Origin: an uncultured Bacteroidota bacterium
GTDB taxonomy: Bacteria; Bacteroidota; Bacteroidia; UBA7662; CAMTUB01
NCBI GenBank assembly: GCA_947084835.1
Contig: CAMTUB010000028.1
Location: forward strand, 26,227-90,226
DNA: 64,000 nucleotides
Reading direction: 5' to 3'
Part shown: piece after piece, positions 28,628 through 37,848 of the stretch
Position numbering within the stretch: the first letter of the stretch is position 1
How the letters are laid out: each line of letters opens with the position of its first letter
Made by a program: the position numbers and the translations under genes
Notes under the pieces: generated by a model
The model's database searches: none
Told to the model about the DNA's origin: nothing
What the model saw: only the letters and a program-made list of their open reading frames with translations

Positions 28628-28681
28628 TAATCAATTTGCATAATTTACAAAAAGTTATACATTTGTAAAAATAGAGGCTGC

Positions 28682-28861
28682 GGAATATTGCTTTCAGGTT
28701 CAAGTAGTGATGGCGCTAAAGGTTTAAAAAACATAGCAGAAATGAATGGCTCTACCTTTGTTCAGAACCCTTCTGATGCTGAATCTCCCTTTATGCCTTT
28801 AGCTGCAATAAACTTGTATGCTAACCACTCAATTTTAGACATTAAAACTTGGCCACAATAG
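28682..28861 (+). pseudogene. relic of the C-terminal ~58 codons of a CheB-type methylesterase
   Basis: Manual translation gives GILLSGSSSDGAKGLKNIAEMNGSTFVQNPSDAESPFMPLAAINLYANHSILDIKTWPQ*. This matches the CheB C-terminal pattern (LtGmGsDGa.Gl..i...G.t.vQ....a....MP..AI). There is no start codon and no upstream catalytic part. Confidence 0.7.
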
Positions 28862-28868
28862 TTTTTAT

Positions 28869-29465
28869 ATGGTAGAAAAGATTAAACACACGCTGCTAAT
28901 TGTTGATGATAAATATGAAAACCTGATATCATTAAGAGGCATTTTGGAAAAACCAGACAGGGAAATCATCCTATGCCAATCGGGGAAAGAGGCCCTTTAT
29001 ATTTTATTGCAAACCAAAATATCATTGCTTCTTGTTGATGTTCAAATGCCGGAGATGGACGGCTATGAATTTGTAGAAATCATAAAAGCACATCCAAATA
29101 CATCGAATATTCCAACCATTTTCGTAACAGCTATTAGCGATGATACTAAATTTGTAAACCGTGCATTTGACTTAGGCGCTATTGATTTTCTATATAAACC
29201 ACTTATAACAGCGATAACAAGAAAAAAAGTAGATTCATTTTTGCGTATTTGGGATTATGATGAGCTGCTGAAAACAATGAATAATCAGCTAGAAGAGAAG
29301 AACCAAGAGCTCGAAAAATTTGCTTACATCGTTGCCCATGACTTAAAATCTCCGCTCCATAATATTCAAAGTTTAATCGAAATTATCGAAGCTGAACACA
29401 AACCTTTATTAAATGAAGGCATTTTAGATTTGTTTTCTCTGATTCAAAACTCATCAAAAAAATGA
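28869..29465 (+). CDS. response-regulator receiver plus HisKA H-box fragment (N-terminal part of a frameshifted REC-histidine kinase)
   Basis: REC motifs LLIVDDKYEN, LLLVDVQMPEMDGYEF, LYKP, then H-box FAYIVAHDLKSPLHNI. The ORF stops inside the dimerisation domain at an A7 tract. Confidence 0.75.
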   Translation: MVEKIKHTLLIVDDKYENLISLRGILEKPDREIILCQSGKEALYILLQTKISLLLVDVQMPEMDGYEFVEIIKAHPNTSNIPTIFVTAISDDTKFVNRAFDLGAIDFLYKPLITAITRKKVDSFLRIWDYDELLKTMNNQLEEKNQELEKFAYIVAHDLKSPLHNIQSLIEIIEAEHKPLLNEGILDLFSLIQNSSKK

Positions 29466-29962
29466 TGGCTTTAATAGAAGATCTCCTGAAATATACCCGA
29501 GAAATAAGCCTAAAAGAGCTTTCAACTCCTGTTAATATTTCAGAAACTGCTCAAAAAGTTTTAACCCTGTTAGATCCAGAAAACAAAATGGATGTAAACT
29601 TTATCAATTTAAATCAGAATATAATTTTTAAGCCAATTGCTTTGCAACAGATTATTCAAAATCTGATTTCAAACTCAATAAAATATAACAACAAAGAGAA
29701 AACTAAAATTGTAATTGCTTTTGACGATGTCAAAAAAGAACTGAGCATTTCAGATAATGGACCCGGAATCCAGATAAAATACCAAGAAAAGGTATTTGAG
29801 TTTTTTCAAACATTAGGAAACAAATCTAATGGCGATAGCGGAACTGGGTTAGGCCTTACTATTGTAAAAAAATTAGTTGAAAAAAACCAAGCTGAAATTT
29901 TTATAAACCCATATTACACCGGAGGAGTACAGTTTGTTATTTCAAAGTTGGTTTTAGCCTAA
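29462..29962 (+). CDS. HisKA helix-2 plus HATPase_c fragment (C-terminal part of the same kinase)
   Basis: MMALIEDLLKYTRE continues the HisKA domain. N-box QNLISNSIKYN, G1 SDNGPGI, G2 GTGLGL. Confidence 0.75.
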   Translation: MMALIEDLLKYTREISLKELSTPVNISETAQKVLTLLDPENKMDVNFINLNQNIIFKPIALQQIIQNLISNSIKYNNKEKTKIVIAFDDVKKELSISDNGPGIQIKYQEKVFEFFQTLGNKSNGDSGTGLGLTIVKKLVEKNQAEIFINPYYTGGVQFVISKLVLA

Positions 29963-29967
29963 AATTT

Positions 29968-29975
29968 TATTTTTG
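29968..29975 (+). promoter_or_regulatory. candidate -7 promoter box (TAttTTTG) for the DUF1697 gene
   Basis: Exact TAnnTTTG match, 69 nt upstream of the ATG at 30044. Confidence 0.4.
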
Positions 29976-30043
29976 GCAAATATTCTATCATTTTCAAAAG
30001 TAGATTAACCCTAATTTTTCTCAGAAAACGAATATTAAAAAAA

Positions 30044-30583
30044 ATGCAAACTTACATTGCGTTACTCCGTGGGATAAATGTTTCTGGCAAACGGATACTT
30101 TTGATGGCAGACCTTAGGGCGATGCTGTACAAAATGCACTTTCAGAACGTAAAAACATATATTCAAAGTGGAAATGTAGTGTTTTCATCTCCAAATATAT
30201 CTTCAGAGAAAGAACTAGAGATTTTGCTTGAAGAAGCTATTTTTAAAACCTTTGGATACGAAGTTCCTGTTATTGTACGTGATGTAGAAAATTGGCATAA
30301 AATAGCAAGGACAAACCCATTTTTAAGCACCAATCCTGCAGAAATTGACCGTTTATACGTTATTTTTCTTGCCAATGAACCATCTTCTGATTTGATTCAT
30401 AAGATAAATCCAGAATCCTTTTTTCCCGATAAATTTGAGCTAAACGGCAAAGAAGTTTATACATTTTACGATTCAAAATATAGCAATAGCAAATTAACTC
30501 ACGCGCTTTTTGAGTCGAAATGGAAAGTGAAAGCCACCGCACGCAATTGGAAAACAGTTCAAAAATTGGCAGAAATGCTTTAA
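30044..30583 (+). CDS. DUF1697 domain-containing protein
   Basis: N-terminal YIALLRGINVSGKRILLMADLR is the DUF1697 hallmark. Confidence 0.75.
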   Translation: MQTYIALLRGINVSGKRILLMADLRAMLYKMHFQNVKTYIQSGNVVFSSPNISSEKELEILLEEAIFKTFGYEVPVIVRDVENWHKIARTNPFLSTNPAEIDRLYVIFLANEPSSDLIHKINPESFFPDKFELNGKEVYTFYDSKYSNSKLTHALFESKWKVKATARNWKTVQKLAEML

Positions 30584-30593
30584 TTTAACAGTT

Positions 30594-31109
30594 GTGGAAA
30601 AGACCTTTTTGTTGATTTTAAAAAACACCCCTACAATCTTAAATTCCATGCTATCAAATCTGCCTGAAAGCATGATTATGGCAAATGAAGGCGAAGAAAT
30701 ATGGTCGAGTTTTGATATTGTAGGTCATTTAATCCACGGTGAAAAAACTGATTGGAAAGCACGAATTCAACTCATTTTATCTGCATCAGAAAACAAAACA
30801 TTTACGCCTTTCGATAGGTTTGCTCAATTCGAAAACAGCAAAGGGAAAAACCTTTCGGAATTGCTTGTCGAGTTTGAATTTTTACGAAATTCGAATCTTG
30901 AGTTTTTCAATTCTCTGAATATAACTACTTCAGATCTTGATAACACTGCCATGCATCCATCGTTGGGCGTGGTTACCTTAAATGAATTGTTGAACTCGTG
31001 GGCAACTCATGATTTGAGCCATATAAACCAGATAACGCGCGTTTTAGCGAAACAATTTTCAGATAAAGTTGGTCCTTGGAAAGAGTATCTTTCTGTATTG
31101 CATCGTTGA
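30594..31109 (+). CDS. DinB-family protein
   Basis: Four-helix-bundle His pattern (IVGHLIHGE ... WATHDLSHINQI). GTG start. Confidence 0.6.
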   Translation: MEKTFLLILKNTPTILNSMLSNLPESMIMANEGEEIWSSFDIVGHLIHGEKTDWKARIQLILSASENKTFTPFDRFAQFENSKGKNLSELLVEFEFLRNSNLEFFNSLNITTSDLDNTAMHPSLGVVTLNELLNSWATHDLSHINQITRVLAKQFSDKVGPWKEYLSVLHR

Positions 31110-31171
31110 AATTATGATTCATATCAGATAAATCATCGATTTTACCTTTTTTATTTCAATTTAGCTTAGGC

Positions 31172-31179
31172 TAATTTTG
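31172..31179 (+). promoter_or_regulatory. candidate -7 promoter box (TAatTTTG) for the VOC gene
   Basis: Exact TAnnTTTG match, 22 nt upstream of the ATG at 31201. Confidence 0.5.
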
Positions 31180-31200
31180 TGAATTAACTTTTCAAAAACT

Positions 31201-31602
31201 ATGAAAATTGCACTTACCAGCATTCCTGTTTCTGATCCCGTAAAAGCTTTTGAGTTTTACACCAATGTTCTTGGCTTCAAAGAACAAATGTTTATGCCTG
31301 AGTATTCATTGGCAATTGTGGTTTCAGCTGAAGATGCTTATGGAACTGCTTTGTTACTTGAACCTATAACCAACCCTATTTCTCGCGAATATCAAGACGG
31401 ATTATATACTTCTAGTTTGCCCGTAATCGTATTGGGAACTACCGATATTCACGAAAAACACAAACAACTTATTTTAGCTGGAGTAGATTTTGTTCAAAAC
31501 CCTACCGAAACCTCGTTTGGGATACAAGCCATTTTCAACGATACCTGCGGCAACCTAGTACAGTTACACCAAAACAAACCTAGCCCAATTGCGGAAGGAT
31601 AA
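31201..31602 (+). CDS. VOC-family (glyoxalase/bleomycin-resistance fold) protein
   Basis: 133 aa. FYTNVLGFK and DTCGNLVQLHQ are typical of the paired beta-alpha-beta-beta-beta modules. Confidence 0.7.
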   Translation: MKIALTSIPVSDPVKAFEFYTNVLGFKEQMFMPEYSLAIVVSAEDAYGTALLLEPITNPISREYQDGLYTSSLPVIVLGTTDIHEKHKQLILAGVDFVQNPTETSFGIQAIFNDTCGNLVQLHQNKPSPIAEG

Positions 31603-31636
31603 ACTTTAGGTTAACCTATTTTGCATATAAAAAAGT

Positions 31637-31644
31637 TACCTTTG
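31637..31644 (+). promoter_or_regulatory. candidate -7 promoter box (TAccTTTG) for gldH
   Basis: Exact TAnnTTTG match, 30 nt upstream of the ATG at 31675. Confidence 0.45.
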
Positions 31645-31674
31645 AGTTAGAAATCCCTAACCCAAAGGTATTAT

Positions 31675-32163
31675 ATGCGCTTCACAGCCTTTTATCGTTA
31701 TAGTTTATACTTTTTTTTCGTGTTGTTCATTGCGGCATGCAACACAGATCGTGTTTTAGATGAATATACTGCTATACCAAATCGGAAATGGGATGTAAAA
31801 TTTCAGCCTAGTTTTACGTTTGAGGTTGTTGATACCAACCAGATTTATAACGTGTACCTAAATCTTAGAAATGAAGGCACTTTTGAATATTCGAATCTGT
31901 GGTTAAATCTTACTATGGAATCTCCAAAGCATAAAAAAGCTTCTGATAAATTAAACATCTCGCTTGCAGATCCTACCGGAAAGTGGATTGGGAAAGGATT
32001 GGGAGATTTGTACGATTGCCGCATTCCAATTTACGATCATATAAAATTTTCAGATTTGGGAAAATACACGTTCACCCTTGAACAATATATGCGAATAAAC
32101 CCTCTGCCTGGAATTTCAGATGTGGGGATAAGCATAGAAAAAACATCCAAAACAAATCAATAA
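31675..32163 (+). CDS. gldH: gliding motility lipoprotein GldH
   Basis: Lipobox FIAAC followed by N.DRV.DEY, W, NLRN...YSNLW, GKGLGD, YMR...LPGISDVGISIEK. Size and motif order match my recollection of GldH. Confidence 0.7.
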   Translation: MRFTAFYRYSLYFFFVLFIAACNTDRVLDEYTAIPNRKWDVKFQPSFTFEVVDTNQIYNVYLNLRNEGTFEYSNLWLNLTMESPKHKKASDKLNISLADPTGKWIGKGLGDLYDCRIPIYDHIKFSDLGKYTFTLEQYMRINPLPGISDVGISIEKTSKTNQ

Positions 32164-32166
32164 TAC

Positions 32167-34194
32167 ATGAAAAACGCAAATCTATTAATCCATGAAACTA
32201 GTCCGTATTTACTGCAGCATGCATACAATCCGGTAAACTGGCAACCCTGGACTGAAGATGCGTTTTCTCAAGCAAAAGCAGAAAATAAGCCCGTAATTAT
32301 AAGCATTGGTTACTCCGCATGCCATTGGTGCCATGTTATGGAGCGCGAAACCTTCGAAAGCGAAGAAGCCGCTGCGCTTATGAACGAATTCTTTATCTGC
32401 GTAAAAGTAGACCGCGAAGAAAGACCAGATATTGATCAAATTTATTTAGATGCCGTTCAAATAATTACCGGACAAGGTGGCTGGCCATTAAACGTAATCT
32501 GTTTGCCTGACAAACGCCCCATTTTTGGCGGCACTTATTTCAGGGTTGACCAATGGATGGATATTTGCGACCAAATCGCAGGATTATGGAAAACTAAACC
32601 TACAGAAATTTACCAATACGCTTCTGATTTAGAAAAAGGAATTCTTAAGCTGAACCAAATAATCACAAATGAGGAGGTGAATACATCTATCGCTACGCCT
32701 CATATCCTTTTTGAAACGCTTGAAAAAAGCATAGACCCCCATTTAGGCGGACTAAAAGGTTCTCCTAAATTTCCAATGCCGGGCATTTTATCATTTTTAG
32801 CAAATTACGGGGCGCTACACCCGCATACCAAGGCCATTGCATTATTAGAGACTACATTGCAAAAAATGGCTCATGGGGGCATTTACGATCAATTAGGAGG
32901 TGGGTTTTCGCGCTACTCCGTTGATGGGATGTGGAAAGTACCGCATTTTGAAAAAATGCTATACGACAATGCTCAACTTATTGGCGTTTACTCGAAAGCA
33001 TACCGAATTACCAAAAACCCGCTCTATAAAAAGGTGGTTTTTGAAACCATTGGTTTTTGTAAAAGAGAATTAGCTGGAGAAAATGGAGGGTACCAATGTG
33101 CGTTAGATGCAGATTCTGAAGGAGTAGAAGGCTTATACTATTGTTGGAAAAAAGATGAAATCAGATCTTTACTTAATGATTTTGAATACCCCGTTTTTAA
33201 ATCGTATTACGGTATTGACACACTTGGAAAATGGGAGCACGATTTAAATATCTTATTAGTTGCAAACCCAGTAGCAGCAGTTGCCAGTGAGTTAAATATA
33301 TCAGACAAAGAAGTTTTACATCATTTAACAACTGCAAAAGAAAAACTTTTCGAAGCACGACAATTAAAAATATATCCTGGAATCGATACTAAAATTTTGT
33401 GCTCATGGAATGCGCTTTTATTAAGCGGATTATGCGAAGCCTATAAAGCCTTTCCAGTAATTTATATTGAAGAAACTGCTCGAGATCTTTTTGCCTTTTT
33501 GCAAAAAGAAATGATGAAAGACCATACTCTTTTTAGAAGCCCAGTTTCTGAAAAACGAGTTTTAGATGCCTTCTCTGAAGATTATGCTTTAACTATTGAA
33601 GCATTTTTGAGCTATTATGCCACATTCATGGATATTTGTGCTTTCAATTGTGCAATAGGCTTATTTGAAACCATGGAAAATGAGTTTTTTGATACAGAGC
33701 GGTCCTTGTACGCTTTTACCTCATTAAAAAAAGAGCCTCTTATCATCCATAAATTCGATATTTCAGACAATGTTATGCCTTCTTCCAACTCGGTTATGGC
33801 ATTGAACGCCTTTACTTTGTATCTATTAACGGGCGATGGTAAATATAAAATTAAGGCTGATTTAATGCTCGATATATGCTTAGGGCATACGTTAAAATTT
33901 CCGGCATATTATTACAATTGGGCTAAGTTGGCGACCTACCGATTCCATAAACATGCAGAAATTAGCTTTACTGGAGAAAAAGCGTATGAAATACAAAAGT
34001 TCTTTAACCTTGATTACCACCCAAATTGCTTATCAATTGCAGCCACAGAAACAGAAAATGCTTGCCCAGCTTTAGCGCATAAAGATTTTACAAAAGAGGT
34101 TAATATTTACGTTTGCAGTGGAGAAGCATGCTTAGCTCCAACCGAAAAATATGGCGAGGCAGTAAAACTTATTGCAACCCTTATGCAAGAATAG
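32167..34194 (+). CDS. thioredoxin-domain (DUF255) / N-acylglucosamine-epimerase-like barrel protein (YyaL/SSP411 family)
   Basis: [63 protein letters not shown]. Confidence 0.85.
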   Translation: MKNANLLIHETSPYLLQHAYNPVNWQPWTEDAFSQAKAENKPVIISIGYSACHWCHVMERETFESEEAAALMNEFFICVKVDREERPDIDQIYLDAVQIITGQGGWPLNVICLPDKRPIFGGTYFRVDQWMDICDQIAGLWKTKPTEIYQYASDLEKGILKLNQIITNEEVNTSIATPHILFETLEKSIDPHLGGLKGSPKFPMPGILSFLANYGALHPHTKAIALLETTLQKMAHGGIYDQLGGGFSRYSVDGMWKVPHFEKMLYDNAQLIGVYSKAYRITKNPLYKKVVFETIGFCKRELAGENGGYQCALDADSEGVEGLYYCWKKDEIRSLLNDFEYPVFKSYYGIDTLGKWEHDLNILLVANPVAAVASELNISDKEVLHHLTTAKEKLFEARQLKIYPGIDTKILCSWNALLLSGLCEAYKAFPVIYIEETARDLFAFLQKEMMKDHTLFRSPVSEKRVLDAFSEDYALTIEAFLSYYATFMDICAFNCAIGLFETMENEFFDTERSLYAFTSLKKEPLIIHKFDISDNVMPSSNSVMALNAFTLYLLTGDGKYKIKADLMLDICLGHTLKFPAYYYNWAKLATYRFHKHAEISFTGEKAYEIQKFFNLDYHPNCLSIAATETENACPALAHKDFTKEVNIYVCSGEACLAPTEKYGEAVKLIATLMQE

Positions 34195-34882
34195 CGTGCA
34201 AAACTTCTAAACTATTGGGGGTTTTAAAATTGGGAATATGAGATGCATAAAATCGCATTAAAAGTGTCATCAACACTTTTTTGTCGGGCGCATTTACAGT
34301 TTCTACCTCTTTTACCAACCATTTATGAATGAGTTTACTGTGCTCAGGCGATAGGGAAAATGAAAATTCTGAATCAAAAATCCCTTCTGTTAAATTAAAA
34401 CAAGGGTTTGCCTTCTCATGGTAATTATTAAACGGAGTGAACCCTAAAAATCCGGCAAAATCTAGCAGCCATTCTAAAATCCAGTTGTTAAATTTATCGC
34501 TTTGGTCTAAGTTACATATTGAGTTTTCAAGCCAATCAAACAATTCTTCGTTGCTCTCGTTGGTGTGCATTGATTTTATAAGCACTTCGGAGGCAAATAA
34601 AACCAGCATTTGCTTGTATGGATTTTCGTGTAAGTGAAGCAACATGGGCGCAAGTCGCGCTTCCCTAATCGATTGTAGGTTCGCCTGTTCTTTATGAAAA
34701 ACTATCATTTCAAGAACTGTTAACGGCATAAAAATCGAAACTGGAAGTTTTGATTTTGGTCGAGCTGCGCCCTTAACCATGTATTTGTATATCCCAGCTT
34801 CTCGGGTAAATATGGAAACTATTAAACTGGTATCGCTGTATCTAATCGAATTTAAAACGATGCCCTTGGTTGCTAAAAGCAT
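34181..34882 (-). CDS. recO: DNA repair protein RecO
   Basis: N-terminal OB-fold signature [34 protein letters not shown]. 233 aa. Confidence 0.8.
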   Translation of the reverse strand: MLLATKGIVLNSIRYSDTSLIVSIFTREAGIYKYMVKGAARPKSKLPVSIFMPLTVLEMIVFHKEQANLQSIREARLAPMLLHLHENPYKQMLVLFASEVLIKSMHTNESNEELFDWLENSICNLDQSDKFNNWILEWLLDFAGFLGFTPFNNYHEKANPCFNLTEGIFDSEFSFSLSPEHSKLIHKWLVKEVETVNAPDKKVLMTLLMRFYASHIPNFKTPNSLEVLHAILA

Positions 34883-34884
34883 GG

Positions 34885-37137
34885 TTAATTCTCAATCAAA
34901 ATTTTTGCTAGACAGGTATTTGCGCCTGTTTCGTCTGTAACCATAACGATATACACTCCGGTGTTTACTTTTCTGCCGGTATAATCGGTTTTGTTCCAAC
35001 TATACGAGCCCCCATTTGCGCGGGTTTGATAAACTAAATTACCGGTAACGTCTGTAATTTTTAGATATCCATTATTTATTAAACCACTTATTGTAACCAG
35101 ACCTTCAAATGTAGATTGAACTGGATTTGGAAATACTTTTACCGAAGTGCACGCCTCTGTTCCATCGGTTGCGTTGCCTCTGAATGAAATCAATCCTTTA
35201 TCTGTGCCGAAAAATATTTCGCCCGATTTTGGGTCGATATCTAACGACATTATATTATTTGAGATTAACGGGCTATTATTTTCAGTAAATTGATGGATAA
35301 GTTTTGTGCCGTCTGCCGACATTAAAAACACGCCATTCTGAGTTCCAAACCATTTGCGATTTGCGCCATCAACAGCCATGGTATTTATTACCTCTGTTCC
35401 CAATAAGTACCCGACAAACTCGCCTTGTTTAACTTTTATACGTTGCGCATCAACCGTATTCGCGGTAATTACAGAAGATGGCGAATAAAAAACCACCGGC
35501 CCCAAATCGGTGCCAACCCAAACCAAGCCGTCTTTGTCTTCTGCTATGCAGTTTACATTCATGCTAGGTAAAGAGCCACTGCCCGCTGCATTGTTCAAAA
35601 ACCGAACGCGATTATTAGCAGCGTTTATTACCCAAATACCTCCGTTGCGCAGTACGGCCCATTTTTGATTGTTGCGATCGATAAAAAGTGCTCCTAATTT
35701 ATCTTCTGAACCAAACGAAAAATTTGCCCATGTTCCATTTCTGCGTTTTACAACTAAGGGCTTTCCCGTGCCGTAGTTGGTCATCCATAAATCTCCGTTG
35801 CTATCAAAAGCTAAACCGCCAACGGGGTACACTCCCGGGTTTCCGATTTGATTTTGGATGCTGCTGTTGGTTGAATCGTAATGCTTAATGAACTTGTCGT
35901 TTTCAAACTCTAACAACCCACCAGTCCATGTGGCAACATACGCTTTACCCGAGTTTGGATCTTCAACTGCCTCAAGCCAATCAAAAATTAAGTTGGTTGC
36001 CGGAACAGTATTCCTGTTGAAATTTTTCCATTCGTCATCTTTAAAATGATAGGCTCCATCAATTCTATATAGGCTGTTGTAGGATGACTGATCAAATCCG
36101 CCACCACAAACCCAAACGCCTCCGTTTTTAGAAGCTCTAACCCTAAAAACTGCCGTTGATGCTGGCCCTTTAGGAGAGAAGTTTTCGAAACCATTGGCCA
36201 AATATTTTACCAACCCAAGTTTAAAATCGGCCAACCAAACAGTACCTACTTCATCGCAAATTGCTGCTTGCTGGTTGGTTATTTCTGCATAAATGGGCAA
36301 TTGTGTTGGACTAACATTTACATCAAACTTTATTGGACGAAAAGTAGATGTTGCAATTAATACGTTATTTCTTGTTTCGAGTTTACCATAGGATACGCCT
36401 GTAATTGGCTGAGAAACTGCCCAAGACTCGTTCTGAAAGCTATAAATAGAATCGGAATTTGTTGTTATTATTTTATTCCCTAGAAGGGCAACATTCCGAT
36501 AAGCCCTGTTAAAAGATCCGGGAACGGTTTTCCATTGGTTAAAATCGGAAAGGTTGGCACTATTGATAAATGCTCTTAGCAATCCTTTTTGGGTTGCTGC
36601 GTAAAAATAGGTTCCATCATCAGTTAACGCATACACCTTGGTTGGGTTTCCCCCATCTCCAATAATAAACGTATTTCGGATTTCACGTTTAGTTAAATCC
36701 AACTCTAGTATTCCAAATCCACAAGAGAGATACGCCAAGTTTCCACGATTAAAGCAGTGGAATATGGTTTTATCGCCCGTCATGTTTTTACCTTTTAGGG
36801 CGTTTATGTTGATGAATCTACTTCCAACCTTTAAGTCGATGTTGCCATTTTTATAGGCAATTACCAACGTTTTTGCGTCAGAATTATACCGTATATAGGA
36901 TAAGCCAATATCTGAAAGTCCATTAACGCGATCAAAAACGCGCATTTCATTATCGGTACGATTAAACTCGATTAACCCATTTTCTGTTGCGCAATATATT
37001 TGATTGCCTACCTGTTCCACTGCAATTCCTTTAGAGAATGGCAAATGGGTGCGCCAATTCCCTACTGGGATTTGTGCAAAAGCTCCCAAACAAAATAACC
37101 CAACAAAACAGAAAAGCAGAAAAACCTTCTTAATCAT
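34885..37137 (-). CDS. double beta-propeller (two-component-regulator propeller repeats) protein with T9SS type-A sorting domain, PorZ-like
   Basis: Signal peptide. Repeated W.GT..GL motifs (VWVGTDLGPVVF, WFGTQNGVFLM, IFFGTDKGLISF). CTD VFPNPVQSTF...GVYIVMVTDETGANTCLAKILIEN. The PorZ assignment is inferred from architecture and size. Confidence 0.6.
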   Translation of the reverse strand: MIKKVFLLFCFVGLFCLGAFAQIPVGNWRTHLPFSKGIAVEQVGNQIYCATENGLIEFNRTDNEMRVFDRVNGLSDIGLSYIRYNSDAKTLVIAYKNGNIDLKVGSRFININALKGKNMTGDKTIFHCFNRGNLAYLSCGFGILELDLTKREIRNTFIIGDGGNPTKVYALTDDGTYFYAATQKGLLRAFINSANLSDFNQWKTVPGSFNRAYRNVALLGNKIITTNSDSIYSFQNESWAVSQPITGVSYGKLETRNNVLIATSTFRPIKFDVNVSPTQLPIYAEITNQQAAICDEVGTVWLADFKLGLVKYLANGFENFSPKGPASTAVFRVRASKNGGVWVCGGGFDQSSYNSLYRIDGAYHFKDDEWKNFNRNTVPATNLIFDWLEAVEDPNSGKAYVATWTGGLLEFENDKFIKHYDSTNSSIQNQIGNPGVYPVGGLAFDSNGDLWMTNYGTGKPLVVKRRNGTWANFSFGSEDKLGALFIDRNNQKWAVLRNGGIWVINAANNRVRFLNNAAGSGSLPSMNVNCIAEDKDGLVWVGTDLGPVVFYSPSSVITANTVDAQRIKVKQGEFVGYLLGTEVINTMAVDGANRKWFGTQNGVFLMSADGTKLIHQFTENNSPLISNNIMSLDIDPKSGEIFFGTDKGLISFRGNATDGTEACTSVKVFPNPVQSTFEGLVTISGLINNGYLKITDVTGNLVYQTRANGGSYSWNKTDYTGRKVNTGVYIVMVTDETGANTCLAKILIEN

Positions 37138-37143
37138 GTACGC

Positions 37144-37848
37144 TTATTTATCCCACTTTTCAACTTCGATAAACGTTTCCCATCCTGATTTTTTGTGCAA
37201 AGGAGCTTCAAAAGTCATGGTTTCTAAGGTTTTTGGATGTGTAAACGTTATTGATCTAGAGTGCAACAAAATTTCGTTGCCGGTGGCTGCAGAACTTCTG
37301 CTGTAAAGCTTATCGCCAACAATTGGATATCCTGCAAAGCCAAGCTGTGCGCGAATCTGGTGAAATCTGCCTGTTTTTAACACCACTTCAATCATGGTGT
37401 TTTTAGGAAAAGTCTTTTTTTCGGTATACGAAAGTTCGGCTTCTTTATGATCTTTCAGTTTATACTTATTTACCACCGCCTTTTTGTTGGCGTTGTCTTT
37501 AAAAATATAGTTTTTTAGGGTTTCCTCTTTCGGAGTGTTTCCTTGAACAATTGCCCAATATACTTTTTTAACGTTTCTCTTTTCAAATTGCTCGTTTAGA
37601 TGCTTAACGGCCATAGGCGTTCTGCCAAAAACCACCAATCCGCTTACTGGCCTGTCGATTCTATGAATCGGTTGCACTTCGCTTGTAAATGCATTTCTTG
37701 GTGGAAATTCTTGAGCTAATACGTCTTCTAAATTTGGATTGCCGTGTTTGTCTCGCTCCACCATTAAACCTGCCGGCTTATTTACTACCACTATATACGG
37801 ATCTGAATAAACTACCGAATAATACTCCTGATTCTCTTTTTTCATCAT
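37144..37848 (-). CDS. RluA-family pseudouridine synthase
   Basis: VVNKPAGLMV and catalytic HRIDRPVSGLVVFG, then GRFHQIRAQL. The ATG overlaps the upstream stop (TAATG). Confidence 0.85.
   Translation of the reverse strand: MMKKENQEYYSVVYSDPYIVVVNKPAGLMVERDKHGNPNLEDVLAQEFPPRNAFTSEVQPIHRIDRPVSGLVVFGRTPMAVKHLNEQFEKRNVKKVYWAIVQGNTPKEETLKNYIFKDNANKKAVVNKYKLKDHKEAELSYTEKKTFPKNTMIEVVLKTGRFHQIRAQLGFAGYPIVGDKLYSRSSAATGNEILLHSRSITFTHPKTLETMTFEAPLHKKSGWETFIEVEKWDK

Noticed and set aside
28644-28669. AT-only hairpin (tttacaaa ... tttgtaaa) after the lipoprotein gene as a terminator.
   Set aside because: The stem is entirely A/T with a 10-nt loop and no T-run, which is too weak to call. It also overlaps the open frame leading into the CheB relic.
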